A stretch of 23,117 nt of DNA from Octopus sinensis (lineage: Eukaryota): the NCBI RefSeq assembly GCF_006345805.1, contig NW_021824757.1, positions 1 through 23,117 on the forward strand, read 5' to 3'. The notes below the pieces were generated by a model, which was not told the origin of the DNA, did not search any database, and saw only the letters and a program-made list of their open reading frames with translations. A program made the position numbers and the translations under genes. Shown piece by piece: positions 1 to 10,605 of this stretch; the stretch's first letter is position 1; the number at the start of each line of letters is the position of its first letter.

Positions 1-394
1 TGCAGAGCAGCTGATCTTTATAACAGAGTATGATTGATTTTTGTTCGTCTGGTATGTTTATTTTGTTCATTCTTTATAAATCTTGAATTATGCTTGCACT
101 GATGAGTAAAGAGTGCACCATTGCACTGATTGTGAAATCACAGTGATCTGCAGCTAAATACTGTTTTTAAATGACTTGCTTATAGAGTTGCATTCGGTAC
201 GATGTGTTTATTTATTTTAGTAGTTTTGACTTTAAGAGTCCCTCCTAGCGTGTGGCATTTATGTCTACTAATGCCCTCTATATAATATAAATAAATATAT
301 TTAAGTGAAAAAATTGGTCGATGGTTTCTCTTATGAGGTTTTTCACGCTGACTATTTGATAAATTCTTATAAAGATTTTATCCTATTTTGAAAT
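1..394 (+). mobile_element. Hammerhead-bearing element, probable Penelope-like pLTR remnant (left end outside window)
   Basis: Non-simple AT-rich sequence carrying the 92-154 hammerhead and ending abruptly in (TA)n. Class is inferred from the known hammerhead-Penelope association. Confidence 0.5.
92..154 (+). ncRNA. Type I hammerhead ribozyme motif (family H1)
   Basis: Stem I GC(U)UGCA 92-98 / UGCAGC 149-154. Core CUGAUGA 99-105. Stem II GUAA..AGUGCA-ccau-UGCACU..UUGU 106-133. GAAA 134-137. Stem III A-UCAC-a-GUGA-U (near-palindrome). Cleavage triplet AUC, predicted cut after 148. Confidence 0.8.
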
Positions 395-463
395 TATATA
401 TATATATATATATATATATACATAATATACATACATACATATATCATACATATATATATATAC

Positions 464-543
<80 letters not shown>

Positions 544-578
544 TATATACATACATATATATATATATAACATACATA
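395..578. repeat. (TA)n/(TACA)n microsatellite
   Basis: Directly visible; explains the YIYI ORFs. Confidence 0.97.
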
Positions 579-581
579 TTT

Positions 582-951
582 TGTGAAATAGAAAGATGAA
601 TAATCTTGTTGCAGATTAATCAAAAGTTTAACCGATTACCTTGGTAGCACAAATCACAGCAGAAACAGCACGGTTGGAGGTACAACCATATGGTGTTGCA
701 ACCGTGCGTTGGTGCGGATAATTGAATTTTAATATTATTGTTGAAAGAAATTGAGTTGAACGAGATTGAGCAGAAATCGTTTTTTGCATTCTACACATGT
801 TTCGAAAGGCACAATTTACCAAATTCCGATTGAATAAAGAGACCATATTGTGTCTTTTCTCTTCAGGAAGAAATAGAAATCCGTTGGAAAAAACAAAAAC
901 AGAACAGAGGCGGAGCAAAACAAATCGAACGAGGCTCCTAAGAGCCCATGG
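582..951 (-). mobile_element. ~370-bp hammerhead-bearing element (family H2), copy 1
   Basis: Reverse complement aligns closely with 13751-14100. Shares the end ...CTATTTCACA and the boundary AGAGCCCATGG. Flanked by TA repeats on both sides. Confidence 0.85.
789..869 (-). ncRNA. Type I hammerhead ribozyme motif (family H2, copy 1)
   Basis: Minus strand reads UUC-CUGAAGA-GAAAAGACACAAU...AUUGUGCCUUUC-GAAA-C-AUGU-GUA-GAA. Intact core, long stem II, GUA triplet, short stem I. Confidence 0.75.
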
Positions 952-957
952 CAAACC

Positions 958-999
<42 letters not shown>

Positions 1000-1001
<2 letters not shown>

Positions 1002-1128
1002 TTATTATATAGAAGGAGCTTCTACAGGACTAGTACTGTTTCTTCAAGAGAAATCTTCAGGAGCTCCTGAAGATTTCTCTTGAATGAAACAGTACTAGTC
1101 CTGTAGAAGCTCCTTCTATATAATAAAT
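1000..1128. repeat. ~129-bp spacerless palindrome (64-bp arms, one 1-nt indel)
   Basis: 1000-1063 is the reverse complement of 1064-1128, centred on GAG|CTC. The only difference is an extra T at 1085. Confidence 0.97.
1059..1114 (+). ncRNA. Type I hammerhead ribozyme motif (family H3); mirror copy on minus strand at about 1014-1068
   Basis: Stem I AGGAGCUC 1059-1066 / GA(A)GCUCCU 1106-1114. CUGAAGA 1067-1073. Weak stem II UUC-ucuu-GAA. GAAA 1086-1089. Stem III ACAG-uacuaguc-CUGU. Triplet GUA, predicted cut after 1105. Confidence 0.7.
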
Positions 1129-1195
1129 TATTTTACTCTGCTATGTATTGAGTAACTTACTTACTGTGGTTAACCCCGGATCAACCCGGGACCTA

Positions 1196-1221
1196 CATAT
1201 ATATATATATATATATTATAT

Positions 1222-1265
<44 letters not shown>

Positions 1266-1637
1266 ATTATATATATATATATATTATATATATATATATA
1301 TATACATAATAGATATATGTATACATATATATTTGTATATACAATATATATAGTATACTACACATATATTAGTGTATATAATTGTATATATATATACATA
1401 TATACATATATTGATATATAATTGTATATATATATATATATACACACACATTTGAATATATATATATTTGCATATATGTGTGTGTTCGTGTGTGTGTGTA
1501 TTTGTGTATATATATGTATATATATATAGTATATATATAATATATATATATATATTAGAAATAATATATAAATATACGCATATATACATACATATATGTA
1601 CATACCTACATATATATGTATATATACATGCATATAT
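1196..1637. repeat. Degenerate (TA)n/(TG)n microsatellite
   Basis: Directly visible. Confidence 0.95.
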
Positions 1638-2060
1638 GGGTACAGGACATCAAAATTAAAACGTTGAACACAATGAAAAACGAAAACATAAAAACAAAAA
1701 CATAGAAAACGAACTTTTTTTCGAACAACGAAACAAAAAACAAGTAAACAGAGAAACGAGACATGCACCATAAAGAATATTCCCCTTCTTCAGTTGTCCC
1801 TGTTTCATCTACTCCGCATTTTCGAAGGCAACGATAATACGCGACTTCGTTGAAACAGTGCTTCCCGCAAAGCAAATTAAATAAAATTTGGGATCTTTTG
1901 CGGAGGGTTAGAGTGGTAACAAAAACAGGACAGTAAGAACAAAACAGTAAAAACAAACGGTGAGGGCTGTTAAGCCAAGACGATAGAAAAATTATTATGA
2001 ACACTAGGAAGACAAGCTTATGAAAGGAGACAGGTATAAGCACGTTTTGTGGTTAAAGAA
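1638..2060 (-). mobile_element. Unclassified interspersed repeat with strong A/T skew, abutting a TA tract
   Basis: Sharp boundary at GGGTACAGGAC after (TA)n. A-rich plus strand. Contains scrambled hammerhead-like core words. Right boundary is approximate. Confidence 0.35.
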
Positions 2061-2095
2061 GCTGCCGAAGAGATGTGATGCGACATTCAAAGGCA

Positions 2096-2990
2096 TTTTG
2101 GATCTGCCTTGTTTTCGTTTTAGGTAGAGGCGGTCTACACCACAGTTTAGGTGGAAATTATATGTGGTTGTTAGTATTTTTCGGGTTTTCACATCAATGA
2201 CTCGGATCTCATCAAGCGTTCAATCAAGCAGCCCAAATGTTGGTGTGAGTACTGGTACTGCAAGAACATTGTATGTCACTGTTTTACTGAATGCAGAGAG
2301 TTCTGGGGTCCAAATTTATCTTTATTCGGCTGTAATATTATTTAGTGACACGTGTTTTGTTACAGGTGCCACTGTAAGATAAATTTTCATCCACCCCTAG
2401 ATATCTATAACATTTCTCATCAGATACAGGGGACACAGTCAAATCATTAATGGAGATGTTACTAGTCTGGTTTATAGTGTTCTCTCTTCTCACAACTATA
2501 TAACAACATTTATCCTGACCAGACTGCAACCCTACATCCTTTGAGAATGTCAAAGTCAAGGTCCCTCTTCATCTCATGCATATTCTTTGCACAAAGTTTC
2601 AAGTCATCCACAAAGAACACAGTGAGCAATTTTGGTATTTCTGTTTCCTTGTGAACCAGTGTGATATCCTTCAGACTTTCTTAACATGAAAGACAAGGGG
2701 TTTAAAGAAAGTATAAACAACATCACAGAGATGCTTGTCTCCTTGGAATATTCCTTTGCGATACTGTATTCTATCGGTGATAATATATTCACTCTTTGTG
2801 TTTAATTTCAAGATGGTGGCCCACGATAAAGTCAGGTCAGCTATGGCATTAACTATTCTCACCGGAACTTTAGCAAGTTGAAGGGCTTCTGTATCCATGA
2901 GTGGGGAACAGAGTCAAAGGCTTTCTTGTAGTCTAGACACATTGAAACTAGGTTCCTCCTATGCTCTCGCACCTCTAACATCACAGGTAT
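2096..2990 (-). pseudogene. Decayed non-LTR retrotransposon reverse transcriptase, R4/Dong-like
   Basis: Collinear motifs across frameshifts: CLDYKKAFDSVPHSWI, RKGIFQGD, FFVDDLKL (about 2595-2620), FSKDVGLQSGQDKC, YRYLGV, IWTPELS..AVPVLTPTFG, IDVKTRKILT..VDRLYLKRKQG. The last motifs are typical of the R4/Dong clade. Stops and frameshifts are present. Confidence 0.88.
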
Positions 2991-3024
2991 GGAGAAAAGG
3001 TAGATGTGAGTCGCACCTGTGCAT

Positions 3025-3261
3025 GAATGTGTGCATGTGAAAGTGTGTATGTATGTTGTATGTATGTATGTATGTATGTTGTATGTATGTATGTATGTAT
3101 GTATGTATGCGTTTGTGAGAGAAAAAACTAGTGAGAGCGAGAGTGACAGACAGAGAGAAAAATGTAGATAGAAAGACCATGGTTTAAATGTATGTATATA
3201 TGTGAGTAAACGTGTGTATAAATGCATGTATGTGAGAAAACGAGAGAGAGAGAGAGAGAGA

Positions 3262-3300
<39 letters not shown>
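3025..3300. repeat. (TATG)n and (GA)n microsatellites
   Basis: Directly visible. Confidence 0.9.
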
Positions 3301-3301
<1 letters not shown>

Positions 3302-3744
3302 AGAGTGATAAAGAACCAATAGAACGTTTAAGTGTTGTGGTTTTAAAACTTTTTCCTCTCTGTTTGACCTTTGTACGTCCGGATGTTTTTGTGGCTGTGT
3401 TACTTGTTTTCTCTAGCTGCAAATTTATAGGTAACACAGACGCGAACAAATACACATACACACGCGCACACACAAGCACGTGAACGCACACACATGCACA
3501 CATCGTTTTTGTCTTCCATTATGAATTTGTTAACTTGGCGCGTTGTTGTATGTGTAGCTCACCAACAGATGGCAGCACACGGTTGCATGCGCGGTGAGAG
3601 CTAGCAGTGACCTTCCAGAGGGCGGTGTGCCAAGCGACATCGATGCGCTAACTTGACAAGTTGTGAAACTTGTGTTTTTGTGATCGCGTGTACGCTGTAG
3701 TCTGCGATTTTTTGTCATGGTCAGGAAGTTGGAACAAAGAGCCA

Positions 3745-4004
3745 ACGTTAAATACTTTTCTTAGAATAACTCGGTGATTTTCCTGCTACCAGGTTCTTTT
3801 TTTATAGCAAGGGTGGGACAGAAGTGATTGGAATATTTATTGATGTACATAGTTTTCTCGTTTAGATTTCTATGAAGGTTTCGTTTCACTGCCTTTAAAT
3901 CTAATGTTACGTTTAGAAATTTAGTTATCGTTAAATTGGTATCCATGGTTATAATTAAACCAAACTCATTAAATATATGCGTGAAACATTTTCTGAAAGT
4001 ATCC
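3745..4004 (-). pseudogene. Penelope-like element RT C-terminal/thumb fragment
   Basis: Translation IFNEFGLIITMDTNLTITKFLNVTLDL...MYINKYSNH..P matches the Penelope-like pattern (F..fGL.IT...N...vnFLDVTl.L....Yi...SNHP). Truncated upstream by a SINE. Confidence 0.78.
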
Positions 4005-4419
4005 TTACTCTTTTTTACTCTTATACTTGTTTCAGTCATTTGACTGCGGCCATGCTGGAGCACCGCCTTTAGTCGAGCAACTCGACCCGGGGACTTATTC
4101 TTTGTAAGCCCAGTACTTATTCTATCGGTCTCTTTCGCTGAACCGCTAAGTGACGGGGACATAAACACACCAGCATCGGTTGTCAAGCAATGCAAGGGGG
4201 ACAAACACAGACACACAAGCACACACGCACACACACACACACACACATATATATATACATATATACGACGGGCTTCTTTCAGTTTCCGTCTACCAAATCC
4301 ACTCACAAGGCTTTGGTCGGCCCGAGGCTATAGTAGAAGACACTTGCCCAAGGTGCCACGCAGTGGGACTGAACCCGGAACCATGTGGTTGGTAAGCAAG
4401 CTACTTACCACACAGCCAC
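4005..4419 (-). mobile_element. tRNA-derived SINE family A (CORE-like), near full length
   Basis: Minus strand has A box TGGCTGTGTGG, B box GGTTCAGTCCC, CORE-like CCTTGGGCAAGTG, an internal TA/TG linker and a (AAGAGTA)n tail. Homologous to 7402-7877. Confidence 0.92.
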
Positions 4420-4681
4420 GGTCAATCATATATTTCATGTGGTCTCCAACTCACCATCTCTCTACAGTCCTCAGTTATAGCACAGAAATTTGTTTTCGAA
4501 CAGTGTTATGAATAAATAATCACACAGGATCTGCCAACCTCGCCCTCTCCATAAATCCTAAAATTTCGGCTTTTTTTTTCGAAATCATAGTTTTGAAACA
4601 CGGACCGTCCAAATGTGCAATTTGTTTATTATTTACATTATCTACATCCGACGGATTTTTGTCCTCATCTTGTTTGTTGTT

Positions 4682-4727
4682 AACACAACGTTTCGGCTGA
4701 TATACCCTCCAGTCTTCTTCGAGTGTC
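4682..4727 (-). ncRNA. Degenerate minimal type I hammerhead (family H4) within a ~160-bp element (about 4617-4775)
   Basis: GACAC-UCGAAGA-A-GACUG-loop-CAGCC-GAAA-CG-UU-GUGUU. Stem I has 5 bp, stem II has one mismatch, stem III is the palindrome AACGUU. The core reads UCGAAGA instead of CUGANGA, so it is probably inactive. Confidence 0.6.
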
Positions 4728-4773
4728 TTGGGGAAATTTCGAACCTGGGTTCTCATTCCTAAGGTATTTTTCG

Positions 4774-4876
<103 letters not shown>

Positions 4877-5072
4877 AGATGAAATTGAGGTACTTGGGTG
4901 CTTCTCTAGGCTTCGTCAGAGATTTTAGAAAGTAGATAAGGTTAGGTTATAAATATAAATACACACACATATACATACTTATACATACATACATACATAC
5001 ATACATACATACATACATACTACATACACACACACACACATACACACACACACACACTCACACACATATATA

Positions 5073-5137
5073 TACTCTTTACTCTCTTTACTCTTTTACT
5101 TGTTTCAGTCATTTGACTGTGGCCATGCTGGAGCACC

Positions 5138-5140
<3 letters not shown>
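5073..5140 (-). mobile_element. SINE family A 3' fragment
   Basis: Matches 4005-4068 (tail plus CAGTCATTTGACTG.GGCCATGCTGGAGCACCGCC). Embedded in CA/TA repeats. Confidence 0.85.
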
Positions 5141-5192
<52 letters not shown>

Positions 5193-5386
5193 CATTCATA
5201 AGTATGTTTTATTTTCTCTTAGAATACCGGTGAGAGAGAGAAAGATTGAGGGATTTGTGGTGAGAGAACCTGCGTTCGAAACCAGATGAATGATTAATAC
5301 ATAAAATAGTAAATGGAACGGAGAGTGTGAGGCAGAGCAAATGAATATGTCTGTGTGAGTGAAAGAGAGGGAGAACGAGTGAAAGG

Positions 5387-5423
<37 letters not shown>

Positions 5424-5583
5424 CGGGGGAAGTGGGCATAAATGGTTAAGAGAACTGGAGGAGAGTTTTTCTTATGAATAAGAGGAAGGAGGGAGAGAGA
5501 GAAAGAGAGAGAGAAAGATTTAGTAATACACACACACACACATATATATATTCAATATATATATATATGTGTGTGTATGCGTG

Positions 5584-5618
<35 letters not shown>

Positions 5619-6004
5619 GAGAGTATTTAAGAGATTGAGAGGTTTGTGTTCGTGTGTGTGACGGAGATAACCGAAGGTGAGAGAGTGTCTTGGAACATTT
5701 GATAAGAGAGAGACAAAGTGAATGAGAGAGAGAGAGAGAAAGAGAGAGAGGGGCAGGAAGAGATTTGAGGGTGAGTAATGAGTGAAGGACAAATGGATAT
5801 AAAGAAGAAAGCGAGAGAGAGAAAGAGAGAATAGTAAAGAAGCGACTGGGCTTCTTCATCCAACCTGGTGGTTGTTGCTATGACACTTTGGAAAGTTGAG
5901 AGCGGAAAAAAGAAACAAAAGATAAAAACATGGGTGGTTGATTAAGACAGCGGGTAGTAGTGGGAGGAATGATATAGAAGCAGGTGGCAGTGTAGTCTAC
6001 TGAT

Positions 6005-6735
6005 GCTGGTGTTAGTGGTGTTGGTGGTGGCTGTTGTTGTTGGTGGTTGTGTGTTGATGTTACTGAGGTGGTTGGTGGTTGACCGGTTTGTCGGCTGGCT
6101 AACTGACTGACTGTTCTCAGCTGGCTGGCTGACCGTTTGGGCTGTTGGTGGGCTGGCTGGCTGACAGGCAGAATGGATGGATGGTTGGTTGGATGGAGAT
6201 CCTATAGCTGCTGGCTGCACGGATAGATGGCTGCTCGGATAGGATGGAGATACAGGGCTGGCTTGCTCGATCCGCTGGATCGTTAAACGACTGGTTGGCT
6301 GGTCGGTCGGTCGGCTGGTTGGTTGGATCGTTAGATAGCTGGCTGGCTGGTTTGTTGGACGTTTGCTTGGATCGTCAGTGAGATGGCTGGCTGGTTGGTT
6401 GGCTGGCTGGTTGATTGGTTGGCTGGTTGGATCGTTATATAGCTGGCTGGCTGGCTGGTCGGTTGGCTGGTCGGTCGGTCGGTTGGTTAGTTGGTTGGCT
6501 GGCTGGCTGGTTGGTTGGTTGGCCGGTAGGTTTGCTTGCCAGCTGGTTGACTGACTGGCTGGTTGGCTGACTAGAAGGATCATCAGTTAGCTGATTGGCT
6601 GGTTGACTGATTGGACATTTGTTTGGATCGTTTGTTGGATGACTGATTGGCTGGTTGGCCGGTTTGTCTGTTGGTTGGCTGGTTGCTCTTTCCGTTGGTT
6701 GGTTGGTTAGCCAGTTGGCCGGTTGGCTAGATGGA
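6005..6735. repeat. Degenerate (TGGY)n tetranucleotide array
   Basis: TGGT/TGGC/TCGG units with recurring TGGATCGT interruptions. Explains the QPAN/WLVG ORFs. Confidence 0.9.
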
Positions 6736-6774
6736 GGTTTCGATGTCGTCGGCTTACTGCTGTTATTCACCTTA

Positions 6775-6985
6775 CTCGCGAACCCTGGATCAAAGCAGAC
6801 CTTTGATCACAGGTGTTCTCTCCGTGACCACCACGTCTTAACTGGTTTCTATGATTAACATTTACCCAAATGTAATATTCAGGACTACATTATCCATTCT
6901 GTTTGCCTTCTTCTAAGGCAAGTGAAGTGTGATTTGGCAGTGGTTTTGTTGCTATTTCTAGCAAATCGAGTGACTACATAGAGAC
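6775..6985 (-). mobile_element. Old ~200-bp interspersed repeat (family D), diverged copy
   Basis: Contains reverse complements of the array motifs (GCTATTTCTAG, GGACTACATTATCCA, GACCTTTGATCA) seen at 19570-21640. Confidence 0.6.
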
Positions 6986-7401
6986 AAGAAAAGTTGATTG
7001 TACGAACGGCTGGAAGGATGGTTGGATGGCTGTATGAATGAATGGATGTTTGAGGTGATTGGTCAGATGGACTGGCTGATGGTCAGGTGGACTGGCTGGT
7101 AGTCAGGTGGATTGGCCGGTGGCCAAATAGAGAACGGTTCGATTGTTTTCCCTAATGGTTTGATGGTTAGATGGATGGCTTAATTGGGCAGAAAGATTTC
7201 AGAATGATCTTATAGTTACAGTGGTAGTTTGGTGGAGATAACTGGTTGAATTTAGGTGGTGGTGGGGAGAAGGAGGAGAATGAGGAGGAAAAGGAGGAAG
7301 GAGAGGACAGTTGAAATGAAGAGAGAAAGAAAGAGAACAATGTAAAGTATGCATGTTGTGAGAGAGAGAGAGGGAGTGAGAGAACGTTAAGAATGTATCA
7401 G

Positions 7402-7575
7402 AGGCACAGGAGTGGCTGTGTGGTAAGTAGCTTGCTTATCAACCACATGGTTCCGGGTTCAGTCCCACAGCGTGGCACCTTTGGCAAATGTTTTCTGCTA
7501 TAGCCTCGGGCCGACCAAAGCCTTCTGAGTGGATTTGGTAGACGGAAACTGAAAAAAAGCCCGTCGTATATATGT

Positions 7576-7660
<85 letters not shown>

Positions 7661-7877
7661 TGTGTCTGTGTGTCTGTGTTTGTCCCTCCAACATCGCTTG
7701 TCAACCGATGCTGGTGTGTTTACGTCCCCGTAACATAGCGGTTCGGCAAAAGAGACCGATAGAATAAGTACTAGGCTTACAAAGAATAAGTCCTGGGGTG
7801 GAGTTGCTCGACTAAAAAAGCGGTGCTCCAGCAGTCAAATGACCAAATCAAGTAAAAGGGTAAAAGAGTAAAAGAGA
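7402..7877 (+). mobile_element. tRNA-derived SINE family A, full length
   Basis: AGGCACAGGAGTGGCTGTGTGG head, B box, internal (TA)n(TG)n linker, 3' domain and (AAAAGAGT)n tail. Confidence 0.93.
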
Positions 7878-7878
7878 G

Positions 7879-8096
7879 AGAAACGTTAGCACGCCGGGCG
7901 AAATGCGTAGCCGTATTTCGTCTGCCGGTACGTTCTGAGCTCAAATTCCGCCGAGGTCGACTTTGCCTTTCATCTTTTCGGGGTCGATAAATTAAGTACC
8001 AGTAACGCACTGGGGTCGATATAATCGACTTAATCCGTCTGTCTGTCCTTGTTTGTCTCTTCTGTGTTTAGCCCCTTGTGGGTAGTAAAGAAATAG
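7879..8096 (+). mobile_element. tRNA-derived SINE family B, slightly 5'-truncated
   Basis: Reverse complement of 12649-12865. B-box-like GAGCTCAAATTCC; ends GGGTAGTAAAGAAATAG. Confidence 0.9.
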
Positions 8097-8555
8097 ATAT
8101 AAATATACCCAGCATTTTGTATATCGCTGCTATTATGCAAAAGTGTCGTAAGTCCCAAACTTTGCATTTTTCAAGAGAACGAAAAAATAGTTTCACCATT
8201 ACATAGAACATTGAATTTGGATTATTTTAAATTTTTACGATTATAGATAAAAACTCAGGCTGTAAATTCTGAGCCAGAGTCAGGCGCGTGTGAACGATGT
8301 CGAGAGAACGTCTGCTACGAATGATATTTTTTGACACAGGACACCTCTAGGACGACCGCCAGACGCTGAATTAAAAGTAAATGAACTGCGACCAGGCTCA
8401 ATAAGAGGAGCCCCAGTTATAAGGCTACAATTACACACTTGAAGTCAGTGATGGCAGAAATTAAATCAAGCTGCAAATACACATTCACTTTACTAAATTT
8501 ACACTCGAACTAAGCCCGAACAGTCCCAGTCCCGGAGTCGCCACCGATATACACA

Positions 8556-8593
<38 letters not shown>

Positions 8594-8845
8594 ATTGCAG
8601 CGTGGAAGGTGTTTATCAGTCATTTAAAAACGCACAAAAACCGTTACGTTCACTTCAGCATTTAAATTTAATTTACCAAGTTTCTTCGCTTTGAGACCGC
8701 GACCTGTTCACTGATAAAATTCCGCACTGCATCATATAAAGAATACGAGGGTTTTAACTCATGTGTGGTGATCTAAACGAATACGTACACTGGGTAAGTG
8801 CTATTAGGTTCCAAGATCACAACTAGGGCTGGATGTAGGGATCCG

Positions 8846-9048
8846 TGTGTGTGTGTGTATTTGTAACTGTGTTTGTCCCCACCACCATTTAACAACCGGT
8901 TTGAGTGTGTGTATGTATCCGTAACTTAGCGAAAAAATACGTAGCAGGCTTTAAAAAAAGTACTGGGGTCGATCAATTCGATTAACAATTCTTCAAGGCT
9001 CTGCCCCCCAGCATGGCTGCAATCTAATGACTGAAACAAGTAAAAAAA
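8846..9048 (+). mobile_element. Diverged SINE family A 3' half
   Basis: GTTTGTCCCC..CAACCG..GTAACTTAGCG..GGGGTCGA..CCAGCATGGCTGCA..AATGACTGAAACAAGTAAAA, collinear with 7676-7860. Confidence 0.75.
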
Positions 9049-9239
9049 TTTAAAAATATTTTATTTTGAACACTTTTCGTACTTCTTTCCAGTCCTTCAA
9101 CTAGCCACACCCTTTCCACCCTCTTCCTCGGCGTCCCATACTGTAATGTTGTTCAACAAGCTTGCCTCTCCTTTGTAATCTTCCTATGTCTTTAACCGAG
9201 TATTTGTCAGTGCATGGACATATAAGTAAGAAACTCATG

Positions 9240-9450
9240 TTACTGTTTAGCACCAGGTCAATGCCGAGTGAGCGAGCGATCAGCTTTACGATGTAAATAT
9301 TTTAGACAGTCTAGCCATAACCATCAGGTTTTCCATTTCAAACATAGCTTATCTCAAACCTACAATGTCCCATACACCCTTTTTTATGTTTACTTAATGA
9401 CACTCTGTTGCTATTTCTAGTAATGTGTGACTGTGGTGAGACTTCCTCGC
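9240..9450 (-). mobile_element. Family D repeat, highly diverged copy
   Basis: TGTTTAGCACCAGGTCA...CCATAACCATC...GCTATTTCTAG, collinear with the reverse complement of the array unit. Confidence 0.5.
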
Positions 9451-9659
9451 CAGAGATAGAACGTCATAGTGTCATGTTACATGATCAAACCACTTGGTGT
9501 GTTTTGTCTTTTAACAGCTGACACAAAAGATTCGTGGTTTGCAATGTTCTCGACAGTTTCTTTAGCTTTTAAATATTGTTTATTTATGTGCAGTATCAGA
9601 CGAGCTATTTCAAGTAACCTACTCTTACCTCACCCACACAAACAGTACCTCCTACTCCA

Positions 9660-9760
9660 GTGCCGTCGTCAGCACTGCCGTCACCGCTGCCGCTTTTGGC
9701 GCCGACACCGCTGCCGCTTTTGGCGCCGACACCACTGCCACCATAACCACCACGACGATC

Positions 9761-9815
<55 letters not shown>

Positions 9816-10465
9816 CCATAAGCACCATCCCCACCACTGCTGCTGCCACCCCTATCACCATCACCACCACCATCATCATCACCGCCAGTGTCACCTCCAC
9901 TATCGCCACCATCACCACCGCCAACACTAACTACCGTCATCGTTACCATCATCACCCACACCACCGCCGTCACTACCACCACCGCCACCGCCTCCGTCAC
10001 CACCACCAGAATGACGACAACGACCACTACCACCACCGCGACTACCACCACCACCATTGCCACCCTTGCTACCACAACCACCACCATCACTACCACCAGC
10101 ATCCATACCACCGTCACCAGCACGACTACGACGACGACCACTACCACCACCACGACAACTACCACCACCACCACCATTACCACCCTTGCTGCCACCACCA
10201 CCATCACTACCACCACCGTCACCAGCACTACGAAGACGACCACTACCACCACCAACACCATTGCCACCCTTTCTACCACCACAACCACCACCACCACCAC
10301 CACCACCACCACCACCACCACCATCGTCACCAGCACGACAGCGACCAACACTACCACTACCACCTGCATCCCCACCACCATCGCCAGCACGACTACGACG
10401 ACGACCACCACCAACTACTACCACCCACCACCCCTATTGCCACCCCTGACACCACCACCGCCTCC
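9660..10465. repeat. Degenerate (CAC/CAT/ACG) trinucleotide array with internal duplications
   Basis: 24-bp tandem duplicate at 9682-9729, (CAT)n at about 9773-9813, and recurring CCATTRCCACCCTT and CGTCACCAGCAC blocks. Confidence 0.9.
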
Positions 10466-10605
10466 AAATATGATTACCATTATATAGTCACCCCCAACTG
10501 TTTAAAACCCACCAAAAACGGATCTTGTGTTAGGCTGACAACAAATATCCTGTAGTTTTTTTCAAGATTTTTTCGAGATTTCATCTGAAATATTTCGTAT
10601 TAGTT

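Noticed and set aside
628-1012. ORFs of 108 and 71 aa, similar to ORF 13535-13879
   Set aside because: The similarity comes from the repeated H2 element. Indels between copies break the frames and there are no recognisable motifs.
1780-1840. Minus-strand CCUUCGAAA...GUA...CUGAAGAAGGGG, resembling a type II permuted hammerhead
   Set aside because: No stem I hairpin forms between GUA and CUGAAGA, and stem III does not pair in this copy. Only a family consensus could rescue it.
5942-6858. QPAN/WLVG-repeat ORFs
   Set aside because: These are translations of a tetranucleotide array. A 4-nt period is not codon-structured.
8100-8550. Moderately CpG-rich unique stretch, possible DNA transposon or Helitron piece
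   Set aside because: No TIR, TSD, terminal hairpin or protein motif could be identified.
9888-10487. 199-aa Thr-rich mucin-like ORF (and overlapping His-, Pro-, Val- and Gly-rich ORFs)
   Set aside because: Most frames on both strands are open because the (CAC)n repeat lacks stops. There is no signal peptide, domain or clear splice context.
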